Virus record (IMG/VR): IMGVR_UViG_3300021256_000056
Span: 32,001 to 96,000 of that record
Reading direction: 5' to 3' (one strand)
DNA from: a virus
Taxonomy: Duplodnaviria; Caudoviricetes
Length of the DNA: 64,000 bases
Shown piece after piece: positions 35,134 to 46,776 of the stretch (the stretch's first letter is position 1; each line of letters begins with the position of its first letter). The notes below the pieces were generated by a model. That model was not told the DNA's origin and made no database searches. It saw only the letters and a program-made list of their open reading frames with translations. The translations under genes were made by a program, and so were the position numbers.

Positions 35134-38100
35134 TTATTTTCCTAACAATTTTCTAACTTTTGTATCAAGAGAATTGAACTTTGACACAAGAACATCATAG
35201 TCATATTTGGATACTGTGGGTTCCTCTGAAGGGCTGGTGGCCTTAAACCTGGTAATACCCATAAGATTTGCTGAGAGTTCGTAAACGTGCTCTTCAAACG
35301 CCAGTGGTCTAATGGTTCCAAACATATCTCCTGCGGCACCCTTGGTGATTGTTATTGGCTTATTGCTTATAACATCGCCGCCGAAAGAGAACTTATAGTA
35401 ACCAGCAAACTCACCAGATGTTTGATAGATACCCATGTTTATTTCATCAGCATAAGGAATTTGTGTTGTATCCGTTCCGTCGTAGTTATATTCACTGCCA
35501 CCGCTATACAATTTAATATATATATCATCAGCAAATGTCAGATATTCAATATTGAATTCACTACCATTAAAAATTCTGCCAAGGGATTGCCACTGTTCGC
35601 CGTCCCAGCCATAATAGTTGTTATCCCTGTCGCTTACTCTCCAAACGTCATCGAGGCTTAGTCGTTCGCCCCAAACATAGACAATTGTTTTGTCCCCCTC
35701 TCCAACTTTATACATATCGCCAATAGCAGGATTAATTTCACCGTCAGTTACGGCTTTTACTAAGTTTTTAAATGTGTCATACGCCCCGATACAGGCGTCA
35801 ATTTCTTCTTGAGTGGGATTATCTATTTTACCCCAAGTTTTTTTGATTAGTTCCTCATACGTGCATGTACCTCTGAGTACCTGGTCGGTTGCGGGAGTAA
35901 ATAGAGGGTCGCCCCAACGATTTGCTTCTCTATATAATTCCAAAGAGGTCTTTGTACCTTCTGGGTTCGTGAAGTAGGCTACTTTTAGAGTGTTTACTCC
36001 GTCTTTTCTGGTTTCATAACCAATGAATGAAGAAGGAATACGAGACAATGGAGCACTTCCAGTAAAATCAAGGTCGGCGTCCAAGGTTCCAAAAGGATTA
36101 TAACCACGAGAAACGTTACCTCCGTTTGGAATTGTTGGTACTGACATAAATGCCATTGTTAGTGCTGAAAGTTTAGAACAATTATTAAATGCAGCATATC
36201 CAAGACTTCCACCAGATAAATTTGATTTGAACACTACGCTTCTGAGGTTTCTATCGCCGTTGAAAAGCTCGCTACCGATATTCTTGTAGTTCTTTTCAAA
36301 GGTTGCACTGCTTAGTGAAGTACAGTCTGCAAAGCATCTGCCCGCAGTTGTTGTAAATGATTCGGGTAAGGTAATGCTCCGCAATGACGTACATTGAGTG
36401 AATCCATATTCTCCTATTGTGGTAAGGGTATCACTAAAGTTAACTTCTGTCATGTGAACACACTTTGCTACGGCACCACCACCGTTTGTCATGTTGTCAC
36501 CACCCTTCACACTAATTGTTCCAGGCTTCATATTTAACACAGAGATGCCAAATGGTACATTGACAATCTGTTTATCTGGAACTGAATATATTGAGCCTTC
36601 GTAAGTTTCGAATATTTCCCCGCTATCTTCCTCTGGAATTCGGTATTCAAGAAGTTTTCCTGCATCTGCAGTCTTGCCACCAAGAATATGTCTATTACTA
36701 AACGAGGTTGCATTTACGACAACGCTATGTATTTCACCCCCCTCTTCAATATTATAACTGGCAACGGGTAAAGTAACAGCCGTTAAAGAAGTCATATCGT
36801 CTGCGCTGTTGTACTCAAGTGTCAAATATTTCGGGAATTTGATATATTTTAAATTGTGACAACTTTTCATGAAACAATCAGGGTTTCGAGGGTCTATAAC
36901 ACGTTTAACCGTTGTTATTGAATCGGGAAGCTCAAGACTTTCAATGTTATTACATTCTACTATGAAATAATTCCCTACAGTTTTAACGGTATTAGGTATT
37001 ACAATATCGGTCATTGCATCACAACGTTCATATATATGATTTCCAAATTCTTCAAGGGAGGTAGGATATGTAATAGCTGTTAATGCTACGCAATTTTGAT
37101 ATGCATAATTACCAATCACCTTAAGACTTGTGCTTAAACTCATATCAATATCGAGTAAATTGTTGTTAAATGCAAATACATGTTGTCCGAACTGTGTTAT
37201 GATTCTATTAAGAGTAATATGCTCGAGTTGTGTGTTATAGAACGAGTAGTCATACAATGTAATGCAGTTATCCAGTGTGGTGTAAGTCGTTAAATCACTC
37301 TTACCACATGGATATTTATATATGGTTTGCTGGGTTTTATTATAAAGAACACCGTCAACAGCTACATATGTAGTACTTTTGTCATTCACCGTAAAAGCCG
37401 TGATGTTTTCACCTCTAAGCATATACTTATCAAGTTTTCCATCACTAATCAAGCCTAGTTTGGCGGGAATTTCCACTGAAACTAAACCACAATCAATGTT
37501 AATGACATTGCCAGTATCTGTACTTGAAAATGTTTCAAATGCACCGTCCACAATTGTTGTCAACGTATTTGGCACCACAACCACATTCTTGGAGATTTCA
37601 GTTCCTGAAACGGCTAAATGTTGGATATTTCGGGTACCTCCAAAAGCATATTGCTCTATTTTAGTGATAGACGCAGGCAGAATAACTTTAGAGAGTGACT
37701 GGCATTGATAGAAACAAAAGCGAGGGATAGTTGTAAGTTTCGTATTTTGTCCGAAATCAATTTCTGTTAAGCCATCACAACCCTGGAAAGCACCCTGTCC
37801 TATTGTTTCTATGTCTTTTGGAAGGGTTAGTTTCGTTACGTTACAATTCATGAACGCATTCTCTTGTATGGTTTTTACATTCACAAATTCAGCAAACTCA
37901 TCAAAAGTAAATGCATCACTTACAAGATTTGCAAAAACAGTTCCAATGTCGGTTACGTCAAGTGCCTCTGACTTTGTAAGAACGTTGGGGTCGCTTGCCC
38001 AACCAGCGGCAGATGCGACATTCATTACAACTGGGTTAGACTCAATTGAAATGATAACGTCTTCGTTGAGAATGAGAAGTTTGAACGATTTACTTACTGG

Positions 38101-41100
38101 GGAACCGTTTACAGGGACCACATTAGCAATCAGGTGTATGTTTGCTGATGTTTCTGGTTCCTGCGTACTTGTCGCAACAACGTAGCGGTTTTGATTTCCT
38201 GGCACCACACCACAGTTATCATAATCAATATAGGGTGATGACATATTGTCAAACGTCCATTCTACCGTATATGTTCCAGTGGCATCTTTTTCGTCAGGGC
38301 CCAAGACCTCAAGGTCATAGAAATATCTATTTTCCTTCTTAATTGAGGATGCGCCACTAATAGTGAGCCCAGTGGATGACATTGGATATGTAGGGTCTTT
38401 TACTAGAAGGTTTATTTCGGAAGTGAATTGGTTACTACCCTCCCACCAGTACGTTACGCGTATTGTTAGATTATTATCTTCGCCAGTAATTAATTCTTCT
38501 GTAGTAAGCACAGCAGTAGCGTTCTCGCTATCACTTTCAATCGTAACACCTGTTCTGGTGTCATACTCTTCACCTCTCACGATTTCAAATACCACATAGG
38601 AATTAGGCTCTCTATTAGGATATATCTCACAAGAATAGTTAACTACTGTGTCTTGTCTGGCGGTAACAACCGTCTTATCGGAATCAATGATAACGAATGG
38701 GAGGCGGCATGTTACGAGAACTGGAGGATTCTTTGTTTTGTCAAAGCAATTTACGCCAAATAAATCCTTAATTCTCTGCACGCGCTGTACGGTCTCTTCT
38801 CGGGTGTCACCTTGAATGTTATCGCTAATTGTAATGGTACCTCTTAGATTGAAGGAGTCACAATTGTTCTTGAGAGCCTCGAACATATCAAGGTCGTCAT
38901 AAGTAATAACCCAATCAAAACCTTCAAACCTTACAATTGTGTTTGCTAGTGCGTCATCTTTTTGGCCATACCACTTCTTGAGAATATCAATACTGGTTTC
39001 TTTTAATGCGTCGCAGTTCACAATTTGAAGGTTATTAACCTTTGACATGTCGTCATTTTCAAATGCAATCTTATTGGCCGCTAAGTAATTAACGCCGTTA
39101 AGAAGAAGTGTATTATAGCAGGCTGGTAATGAAAGTTTCTCCATTCTAGAGCCGTTAGCGAAAACTATTGCCAAAAGGCCACTTCTAAATGCATAAACCT
39201 CCTTCACATTAGGGTTCTGGGATAGGTCAAGACTTGTAAGGTTCTCAAAACCTTGCATATCAATATACTCAAGCTTCTCGGCCTTTTCAATACCCGTTAA
39301 GTCGCTAGGTTTAAGAGAGCTTGTGCCCCTATTAACTTTTCCTGGTTTACCAAGGATGAGTTTCTTAAGTTGTGAACCAAGCACATCATGCTGAACACCT
39401 GAGAGGTCAAGAACCATGAGATATGGTGCAAAGTTGCTGAGGTCAAGTTCTGAAATGTATGGCGTAGCATAAATTTCAACAGGGTCACCTTGAGCAAGTG
39501 CCGCCATCCCTCCGTCTTTGACATCAAAGGTTAAATAATTGAATGTTCCGTCGGGTTTTTTAGTAGAAGGTATACCAGTTTGACCATTAGAACGATTGGT
39601 AATACCCCAACCATAATTCATGAACTCTGTAGGAAGTAACGTGAATTTTAGAGGGTCGTCACCACGTTCAATAGGGGCATCTGCCTTAAATAGGACCTTC
39701 TTATTTTTGTAGTCACCGCTAACAAATTTACTATCAAAATACGTAAAGCGTTTACTTAGCCACCATGCACGATGTGAAGAACGTGGTCCTTGCATCTTAC
39801 CTAAGTGGTTAAGACCTTGAATTGTATATGATTCGATATATTTGAAATTGGCGTCCTTATTAAGGATTCTTTCGCACCACATGTTTGCTTGCTTTGTGTT
39901 AAACATTGTTAGTGCGTTATCATATGTTAATCCAGCAACATAGAGTGCATTATCTATGTCGGAAACAATGGTCATAAACTCGCCATCCGCTTCTAGATTA
40001 TTCCATAGCACTGAAGAGTGTCCAGCGTAAGCGTAGCCACTTTCATTTGACCACTCGTAAACCTCGTCTCCGACTTTGTACATGTCGCCACTATTGGGAT
40101 GTATTTCGCCTGTTTTTTGTGCATGAATCAAGTCATCATAGGTGTCATATTCGCCAATACAAGCCGCGGTTTGTGCTGTAGTTGGTTCTGCATATTCAAT
40201 CCATGAGCCACTGCCTGTGCGGCTATTTCTGTCGATGTCTGGTTTATATACTAGCTGTCCATCATTGTTCAAGCCTAAGATGGTATCGTTATCGTAGTTG
40301 ATATAGAACCATTTACAGTGATTACCTATTGTTTCCTCGTATTTAACTGTTACGGTTTTTGTTCCACCAGTATCAGAGCCAGATGCGGTGGTGATTGCAA
40401 TGTATGAAACGGTTCCTTCGGAAGTAAACATACTGTTCTTTACCACCTGGTCAACAGCGCCAAATCTCATAAGGTAGACATAATATGCGGCCATCTTGAA
40501 GATGTCAAGGTAGTCCCACTTTTCTTTCTCGAACTTAAGTTTCTGATAGTTCAAGAAGTCTTCATATGTGTTGACAACATAGTTGCCGTTTGCTGCGTAA
40601 TATTGTTCTGCCTGCTTATAAACGAGGTCTTCGTTATGCCTTGTTTCACCGCAGATGCTAATCGTCATGCCAGGGGTAAAGGCGTCGGATGTTTCCATTG
40701 TTGAATGGCACCACGCATAGAACTCCCTGAGGTTTGTAAGACCACCCTTAGTGTCGGCATCGGGGATGTCTTTGTCCACTTCAGGATAACGGAATTCAAA
40801 TCCCTTATCCCAATCAGAATCAAATTCAGATACATCTGCAATAAAGTTAGTTACCCTGTTTTCGTTCTCCAAAACCTCGACACAGTAGTTTTTGTTTTTA
40901 ACATCGCCAGCGGTCATTATCTTTTGTGCATATAAAGCAAGATAAGGCTCCTCGGCGATTGTTGCTTTTCCTTCCTGATATGTTTTCGAATATTCATATG
41001 CTGTAGGACAAAGCGTAAGAATATAATCCATCTCAGTGAGGGGTTCTGGTGCTTTTTTGCCAACCTTATCCCTTACTGCGGCTTCAAGGGCCTCTACCGT

Positions 41101-43974
41101 AGCATAGTTTTTCGTTGTTGAGCTCCAGTCATCGGGATGTTCGGCTTTACCAGCTTCGTAGGTGGCTTGGTCTATCTGTTCGTACTCATATTCCTGATAA
41201 TCAATACCATCTATATCGCAGAAACCATATACAGATTCTGTTGATTTATCGTTATTAAAGTTATATTTTCCGAGGAACTTCCAATCAGTATCGTCCATTG
41301 AATAGCGGTAAAATACAACGCATGGGAATCCGTCAACGGTTGTACGAACGTCCATGTTGTTCGTGGGGTCGCTCATGACAACAGCCTGTGCTCTGGTCCT
41401 TGAAACGAATTTTCCTTCAAGCGTTGCATCCCTCATTACTTGGTTCCAAAATCTTGCAACACCCGTATTGTGTGATGAAGATGATTCGGCAAAGTCGGCT
41501 TTAAATGTCCAGCAGTTAACTGCCTGGGCTTTTCTTTCACCTTCAGAAAACGTACCTTCTAAACCGCTCTTAAATGCGACCTTACCCTTACCAGGTTTGG
41601 ATGGGTTAATCTCCTGCCCTTCTGGTGAAATTTTGTCTATTGTTGACGTTGTACCCGTATATGTTATAGGTAATGGCCACTCCCCGTATTTTCCTTTAGC
41701 CTTATCTTTGATGTAGAGCCTGAGGTTTTTCTTGGGGTAGTTCATTGATGATGTACCCTGGCATGTCATTTGAGGATATTCCACCAAGAAGTTTGTAATA
41801 GGGTCTAGGTTGTTGATATATTGGATACGTCTAAGAAGGATTGGTGTACTCTTATCAACAGTGGTAAAACTCATTAAGTTTTCTATGTTATTCCTTGTCT
41901 GGTCATAGTCAGTAATGAGCAACATTGGAAGGATACTTGAAATAGCATCCATATCAAATTTACCGCGAACAGCGTAAACATCATTCCTGTCGTAGATTTC
42001 CTTCATCTCTTGGAAGGTGTTCCTATATAACATATAATTATTAAGGATGTCGTCCGCGTCAAGTGCGCGATTATAAATGCGTATTTGTCTGATTTTAACT
42101 CCAGCTTCAGCGGAACCTTCAATTCTGATGTATTTATCGGCAGCAAAGCTTGATGTTGTCCTATTGTATCCCGCAGCACCACAAGCAGCACCATTTACAT
42201 ATATGTAAATAAGTGGTTTACCTGCGCTTTCGGGGTCAACGACGAAAACAATACGGTTGTTTTCACCGCTTTTGAATTTTGTTGACACACTATTAAGTGC
42301 ATTATCGTTAAATATTGCTTCAGATGCTGTTAACGTAATACCTGGCATGTTAACGCCGTCATTCTTTATATTACAAATTACAGCGTCATCATTTGATACA
42401 TTAAATGTAGAGAACTCTATTTCAAAAGTTAAACCGTCGTCCTGTATAGTGCTCGTAAGCGGTTTGCAGTTTACTTCAATTGCATTGTTGTTTGATATGA
42501 TAAGTTCGTCGTTATTCCATCCAGAGGTATCGTCCCAAGTAAAATTATAAAACGTTGTGCTATAAACTTCACTACCGTTATCATATTCCCATATCTCCCT
42601 GTCTTCGGGATTATTGGTCTTACCATTGGCGCGTAAATTAAGAATCAAACCAGCAGTAATTTCGTAAACATTAAGTTCATTCTTCTCAATTGGCGCACCA
42701 ATTATATAAACAGTTGACTCGACGCCGTCGTTGGCGATGATTTTAATTCTTGTTTCACCGCTGACTGTTGGGCTAACCGTTGCATCCCAAATTTGGCCTT
42801 CTTCTACAGAGTTGGTATATGAAACATCCACCTTCTCAATATCTCCGTCTGTATAGCAGACTTGGACCGTTGTGTTGACGTTTGCAACGTTAGGTTTATA
42901 TACGGCCACTGGAAGATTAAATGAAGTGTATTGTACTACGTCATAAAGAACTGGTGTTAAATATGTTTCACCAGTAAATGGGTCATAACCAATAGGTATT
43001 TCAAGCGCAGCAGCAACTATTGGGGTCTCGCCACCGTTTGATACGATAAAATCCCTATAATATGTTGGTGTATAGAAACGTTTTTCGTTTATGACCAACC
43101 ATGCGCGGTATTGTATGTTGTGTCTGCCTTCGCTAAAATCTCTTGAATTTATACCGATGGTTTTGGTTAAATTTCCACTTTCCTGTCCACCAGGGATTGG
43201 GTCGGGCGCGTCTTGTAAAATGCCGTCAACATACCATTCGATAAATTTATTAACGGTCGATGTTCCCGTCACGCCCCAGACGATTGTGAGGGTTGAAGAT
43301 TTTCCATCGGAGACGTCGTGGACTCTGGCAATATTAATGTTGTCAACTACCCTTAAATTAATTACTTGATAAATAACGGTTGTATTGGCAATAGCGTTAC
43401 TCGTACCGCCAACCGCATTTATGGCAACAATATTTTGACCTTCTGTTAAATAATTGTCTACTGTAAGCCTGTCGGTTTCGCCTGCTTGCGCAACGTGCGT
43501 GACAAATGTCTTTGAGCCGTCGGGGCGAGTAATGGAATAGTTAATGTTAATAACTTCAATAAGAGGATTATCATCTTTATCGAATGTTTCAACTTTAAAT
43601 ACCACTTCATTACCTGTTTGCCCAACCAAAATTGCGTTTGTTGGTTGTGTATGCTCACTATCCAGTGTAATCACAATACGATAGTTTGAATAACTGTTCA
43701 TCTCAGCAAGTTTAAGTGCTGCGATTTCAGGGTCCATGGGGTCATCATCCTCATGTTCCAGATAAATGTTACATGATTCTTCATCAGCAAAGATATAATA
43801 TTTACCCTTGCCATTATCGTGGATAAATCCCCACTTACTATCAAGACCGCCCTTAATGAAATTTTCTACACTCTCACCATCGGCAGCGTCATATATAACA
43901 CCGTCTTTAATAAGTGGTCCACCCCACTTGTCGTGTTTATTTAATTCACCAGAATAGATATTCTTTTTAGCCAT
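35134..43974 (-). CDS. 2946-aa multidomain protein: LamG-like, CotH-kinase-like and BspA-type LRRs
   Basis: QGTSS..YPKKN, GKYNFNNDKS, YDNDT; TIG..AF..C..L..I.LP repeats. Confidence 0.75.
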   Translation of the reverse strand: MAKKNIYSGELNKHDKWGGPLIKDGVIYDAADGESVENFIKGGLDSKWGFIHDNGKGKYYIFADEESCNIYLEHEDDDPMDPEIAALKLAEMNSYSNYRIVITLDSEHTQPTNAILVGQTGNEVVFKVETFDKDDNPLIEVININYSITRPDGSKTFVTHVAQAGETDRLTVDNYLTEGQNIVAINAVGGTSNAIANTTVIYQVINLRVVDNINIARVHDVSDGKSSTLTIVWGVTGTSTVNKFIEWYVDGILQDAPDPIPGGQESGNLTKTIGINSRDFSEGRHNIQYRAWLVINEKRFYTPTYYRDFIVSNGGETPIVAAALEIPIGYDPFTGETYLTPVLYDVVQYTSFNLPVAVYKPNVANVNTTVQVCYTDGDIEKVDVSYTNSVEEGQIWDATVSPTVSGETRIKIIANDGVESTVYIIGAPIEKNELNVYEITAGLILNLRANGKTNNPEDREIWEYDNGSEVYSTTFYNFTWDDTSGWNNDELIISNNNAIEVNCKPLTSTIQDDGLTFEIEFSTFNVSNDDAVICNIKNDGVNMPGITLTASEAIFNDNALNSVSTKFKSGENNRIVFVVDPESAGKPLIYIYVNGAACGAAGYNRTTSSFAADKYIRIEGSAEAGVKIRQIRIYNRALDADDILNNYMLYRNTFQEMKEIYDRNDVYAVRGKFDMDAISSILPMLLITDYDQTRNNIENLMSFTTVDKSTPILLRRIQYINNLDPITNFLVEYPQMTCQGTSSMNYPKKNLRLYIKDKAKGKYGEWPLPITYTGTTSTIDKISPEGQEINPSKPGKGKVAFKSGLEGTFSEGERKAQAVNCWTFKADFAESSSSHNTGVARFWNQVMRDATLEGKFVSRTRAQAVVMSDPTNNMDVRTTVDGFPCVVFYRYSMDDTDWKFLGKYNFNNDKSTESVYGFCDIDGIDYQEYEYEQIDQATYEAGKAEHPDDWSSTTKNYATVEALEAAVRDKVGKKAPEPLTEMDYILTLCPTAYEYSKTYQEGKATIAEEPYLALYAQKIMTAGDVKNKNYCVEVLENENRVTNFIADVSEFDSDWDKGFEFRYPEVDKDIPDADTKGGLTNLREFYAWCHSTMETSDAFTPGMTISICGETRHNEDLVYKQAEQYYAANGNYVVNTYEDFLNYQKLKFEKEKWDYLDIFKMAAYYVYLMRFGAVDQVVKNSMFTSEGTVSYIAITTASGSDTGGTKTVTVKYEETIGNHCKWFYINYDNDTILGLNNDGQLVYKPDIDRNSRTGSGSWIEYAEPTTAQTAACIGEYDTYDDLIHAQKTGEIHPNSGDMYKVGDEVYEWSNESGYAYAGHSSVLWNNLEADGEFMTIVSDIDNALYVAGLTYDNALTMFNTKQANMWCERILNKDANFKYIESYTIQGLNHLGKMQGPRSSHRAWWLSKRFTYFDSKFVSGDYKNKKVLFKADAPIERGDDPLKFTLLPTEFMNYGWGITNRSNGQTGIPSTKKPDGTFNYLTFDVKDGGMAALAQGDPVEIYATPYISELDLSNFAPYLMVLDLSGVQHDVLGSQLKKLILGKPGKVNRGTSSLKPSDLTGIEKAEKLEYIDMQGFENLTSLDLSQNPNVKEVYAFRSGLLAIVFANGSRMEKLSLPACYNTLLLNGVNYLAANKIAFENDDMSKVNNLQIVNCDALKETSIDILKKWYGQKDDALANTIVRFEGFDWVITYDDLDMFEALKNNCDSFNLRGTITISDNIQGDTREETVQRVQRIKDLFGVNCFDKTKNPPVLVTCRLPFVIIDSDKTVVTARQDTVVNYSCEIYPNREPNSYVVFEIVRGEEYDTRTGVTIESDSENATAVLTTEELITGEDNNLTIRVTYWWEGSNQFTSEINLLVKDPTYPMSSTGLTISGASSIKKENRYFYDLEVLGPDEKDATGTYTVEWTFDNMSSPYIDYDNCGVVPGNQNRYVVATSTQEPETSANIHLIANVVPVNGSPVSKSFKLLILNEDVIISIESNPVVMNVASAAGWASDPNVLTKSEALDVTDIGTVFANLVSDAFTFDEFAEFVNVKTIQENAFMNCNVTKLTLPKDIETIGQGAFQGCDGLTEIDFGQNTKLTTIPRFCFYQCQSLSKVILPASITKIEQYAFGGTRNIQHLAVSGTEISKNVVVVPNTLTTIVDGAFETFSSTDTGNVINIDCGLVSVEIPAKLGLISDGKLDKYMLRGENITAFTVNDKSTTYVAVDGVLYNKTQQTIYKYPCGKSDLTTYTTLDNCITLYDYSFYNTQLEHITLNRIITQFGQHVFAFNNNLLDIDMSLSTSLKVIGNYAYQNCVALTAITYPTSLEEFGNHIYERCDAMTDIVIPNTVKTVGNYFIVECNNIESLELPDSITTVKRVIDPRNPDCFMKSCHNLKYIKFPKYLTLEYNSADDMTSLTAVTLPVASYNIEEGGEIHSVVVNATSFSNRHILGGKTADAGKLLEYRIPEEDSGEIFETYEGSIYSVPDKQIVNVPFGISVLNMKPGTISVKGGDNMTNGGGAVAKCVHMTEVNFSDTLTTIGEYGFTQCTSLRSITLPESFTTTAGRCFADCTSLSSATFEKNYKNIGSELFNGDRNLRSVVFKSNLSGGSLGYAAFNNCSKLSALTMAFMSVPTIPNGGNVSRGYNPFGTLDADLDFTGSAPLSRIPSSFIGYETRKDGVNTLKVAYFTNPEGTKTSLELYREANRWGDPLFTPATDQVLRGTCTYEELIKKTWGKIDNPTQEEIDACIGAYDTFKNLVKAVTDGEINPAIGDMYKVGEGDKTIVYVWGERLSLDDVWRVSDRDNNYYGWDGEQWQSLGRIFNGSEFNIEYLTFADDIYIKLYSGGSEYNYDGTDTTQIPYADEINMGIYQTSGEFAGYYKFSFGGDVISNKPITITKGAAGDMFGTIRPLAFEEHVYELSANLMGITRFKATSPSEEPTVSKYDYDVLVSKFNSLDTKVRKLLGK

Positions 43975-43989
43975 TATCTAGTATTGTTT

Positions 43990-44166
43990 TTATTCATGAT
44001 TTTTCCAGGCATCGGCATTTGAATATGGAGCAGAGCTCACCCAATAACCCCTGCCGAAGCATGATTTAATTAATTCCCATACGAGCGTTAGGCCGCGATA
44101 TGCCGCAGTGATGATTTTTTCACCCCTGTAAATACCTTCAATTGGAGTTTCGCCGCGATATATCAT
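43990..44166 (-). CDS. small hypothetical protein
   Basis: MIYRGETPIEGIYRG...SCFGRGYW...DAWKNHE by manual translation. Confidence 0.65.
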   Translation of the reverse strand: MIYRGETPIEGIYRGEKIITAAYRGLTLVWELIKSCFGRGYWVSSAPYSNADAWKNHE

Positions 44167-44816
44167 TATTCCTCGTATGTATAATATGTTCTATTGGGGT
44201 CTATTGTGCCCTCTTCGACCATTGCTTCGTATTCGGCCTCGGTTCCGTACCAATCTTCAACAAAAAACGCAGTAACATCATTATAAGAATATTTGCTCCC
44301 AGAGGGGCTGTCATATTCTATAATAAGGTACGAACCCGCAGGATGCAACTCCCCGTCAAGACCAATAAATGCCTCGGCGTGCTTTTCGATTGTAATTGAT
44401 TTAATGACTGAACCTATTGGTATGTTTTCAATTTCAATTTCGATGTCACTAAGGTGTTTTTCGACCTTACCAAAAGCATCGGCCACTGTGTCTGCCGTGG
44501 TAAGGGTCAACCCACTACCTTCTTCTTGGGACTCGGTGTACGCGCTTGAGAGCTTAATATTTTCTCCGCTCGTGATGTTAATCACCTTCCCAGGATTAAG
44601 AGTACTTGCGCTTTCGGTTATCATGAAGATACCAGGCGTCTCACTATCATTACATAAAATGATTTCGCCTTCACGCAAAACTTCATCTTTGCCCAAACCG
44701 TATTTATTGACCAGTTTGAGGGTGGTGAATGAATTTACGTTTATATCCCCAGGATTTCTATAGTGTTTATTTACTACTATTTTTGTATCAGCCATTGATG
44801 TTAATGCATTTTTCAA
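44166..44816 (-). CDS. putative tail-associated protein
   Basis: LREGEIIL N-terminus, TEAEYEAM..IDPNRTYY C-terminus. Confidence 0.6.
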   Translation of the reverse strand: MKNALTSMADTKIVVNKHYRNPGDINVNSFTTLKLVNKYGLGKDEVLREGEIILCNDSETPGIFMITESASTLNPGKVINITSGENIKLSSAYTESQEEGSGLTLTTADTVADAFGKVEKHLSDIEIEIENIPIGSVIKSITIEKHAEAFIGLDGELHPAGSYLIIEYDSPSGSKYSYNDVTAFFVEDWYGTEAEYEAMVEEGTIDPNRTYYTYEE

Positions 44817-44884
44817 TAAATAGTCGGATAAGCAGAAAACAAAGGCCCATAAATAGGATTAACAAACTATTTATCAATACCAAT

Positions 44885-46351
44885 ATGAATAAAAATAAAA
44901 CAATATTATTAAGAGAAGACCAATTGCATTTGCTAGCGGAAAGGGTATCGTCAATTGTATATCATTTCTGTTCATTTGCTTCCTGTCTTGGTATTTGTAA
45001 AGATAACCAATTTATTTTAAGTCATATATCCAGGGGAACCGCTGATGGAAATATTAATAAAACTCGACATTACCTCTCCCTTACCAGACAAAAAAGTCAT
45101 AAATTAGGGTATTCAACGAATGGAGATGTCCGTATTACTCTTGACGGTGATAAACTTAATCAAAGGTATTCTGGCGGGCCAGTTGACTACTGGGGAAATA
45201 GTATGGGCAAACAGGAATATATGAGGCAGGGCGCCGAAAGAGGCCATTATGACCCAACTCAAAACCGTACCGAAAATGAAGACCGAATCTTTTCAAATGA
45301 CCCAGTAATACCGAACGCAAATTTTTATATCAAAAGGATAGATATATTGCTCCGCCCAGGGCGAGACGGAAATCTTAACCCCAATGAAGTAGCTGTAACC
45401 CAAGAAATACTAAAAACTGGCTTTCAGAACGTGACCTTTGTGTATGGCGACGAAGCTTCATTTGATGCGCAAAATCAAAACATAATTAATAACAAAATTT
45501 TGTTCATGAATGTCGCACCCGCAGAAAAACATGAACCATATAAATCATCTATTATACGCGCACTTTCAGACCTTCTTAATGTGGTTACGTGTTATGAACA
45601 CGACAGAAGTCAAGTTTGGCCTGTCTGCAGAAAACTACTAAAAGATTATGGCATTGGTCGTCATCTTGTCCAAAATTATGGGCCTCAATATCTCAAAGAC
45701 CTTGAAAATGACATGTATTACAAAACCTGGTTTTTAAGTGACGTTTTCGCTAATACACAAAATATGATAGATACCCTAAGGAGGGACGATAAAACGCTCT
45801 ATATCAGGGGAATGAGGCTTTTTAATGACTATTTAGACAAACGAAATCTCTTTGATTTAAAAGATTTATATCGCTATAAAAAAAATATTGCGAACAAAGC
45901 GTCGCGGGGCGAGGTGTCGGGTTTAAATTGGAATAAAACCGCACAAATTCTCGCATTGACCCAACTTGATTATGACCCAGAGGGGCCTTCTAGGGAATAT
46001 TTCGGTGGCGCAATCGCCGTTGTTAATCCAGATAGAACATCGATTTGGTCTGTAATTCCACAGGAGCGAGAATACTTTGTAAACGATGTTTTGGCGGGTG
46101 ACCCAGAATATAGCAGTGAAACTGAGGTTAAATTTGAAAAATACTTACAACACATTGTAAAAAGTAATATTTCGGTAACACAATTTATAGACTTTTTATC
46201 TAAACTCAAAGTAAACCAAGAGAAGAAGGATGAAATTTTGGGGTGGAGAAAATTCCAAACCATAACCGTTAGCCCATGGAACTATGACCATTGTCATTAT
46301 TTATCTGATAATGACCAAAAAACCGTTGAGCAAATGCTCAGCGGCGATTAA
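44885..46351 (+). CDS. hypothetical protein
   Basis: Start reassigned to MNKNKT after CTATTTAT motif. Confidence 0.75.
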   Translation: MNKNKTILLREDQLHLLAERVSSIVYHFCSFASCLGICKDNQFILSHISRGTADGNINKTRHYLSLTRQKSHKLGYSTNGDVRITLDGDKLNQRYSGGPVDYWGNSMGKQEYMRQGAERGHYDPTQNRTENEDRIFSNDPVIPNANFYIKRIDILLRPGRDGNLNPNEVAVTQEILKTGFQNVTFVYGDEASFDAQNQNIINNKILFMNVAPAEKHEPYKSSIIRALSDLLNVVTCYEHDRSQVWPVCRKLLKDYGIGRHLVQNYGPQYLKDLENDMYYKTWFLSDVFANTQNMIDTLRRDDKTLYIRGMRLFNDYLDKRNLFDLKDLYRYKKNIANKASRGEVSGLNWNKTAQILALTQLDYDPEGPSREYFGGAIAVVNPDRTSIWSVIPQEREYFVNDVLAGDPEYSSETEVKFEKYLQHIVKSNISVTQFIDFLSKLKVNQEKKDEILGWRKFQTITVSPWNYDHCHYLSDNDQKTVEQMLSGD

Positions 46352-46776
46352 TTGTTGTGTTTTGTAATATCGTCAACGACAATCATGTCATCATCCTCAA
46401 CTTCTTCGGTTATTACGTCTTTCTCTCCTTTGCTTTCAAAGTATTCTTCTATATGATGTAATATCCAAACAACCCCAGAAGTGAATCCACAATCACATAA
46501 AGCCGCAAGCCACCAAAGGTTTGTTGCGCCCAATATAATATTAAAAGGTGTTAGTGCAACTGGTATGAAAAACCAATTGATGAGAGAGCAAAAGAGTCCA
46601 AGATTCGCGGGAAAACACATCATGCAAGTGAACATGGTGCCAAAATGGTCTCCAATACGATTGGTTATATATCGTATCCATTCGAAAATGCGAAATGGCC
46701 CGCTACCAAAAACAAACATATTGCTTATTCCGTAAGCGGCAATGCAATAACAAAAAATTAAAAACCAATTACTCAT
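46348..46776 (-). CDS. membrane protein (DUF1360-like)
   Basis: IFEWIR..MFTCMMC, TM segments. Confidence 0.6.
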   Translation of the reverse strand: MSNWFLIFCYCIAAYGISNMFVFGSGPFRIFEWIRYITNRIGDHFGTMFTCMMCFPANLGLFCSLINWFFIPVALTPFNIILGATNLWWLAALCDCGFTSGVVWILHHIEEYFESKGEKDVITEEVEDDDMIVVDDITKHNN

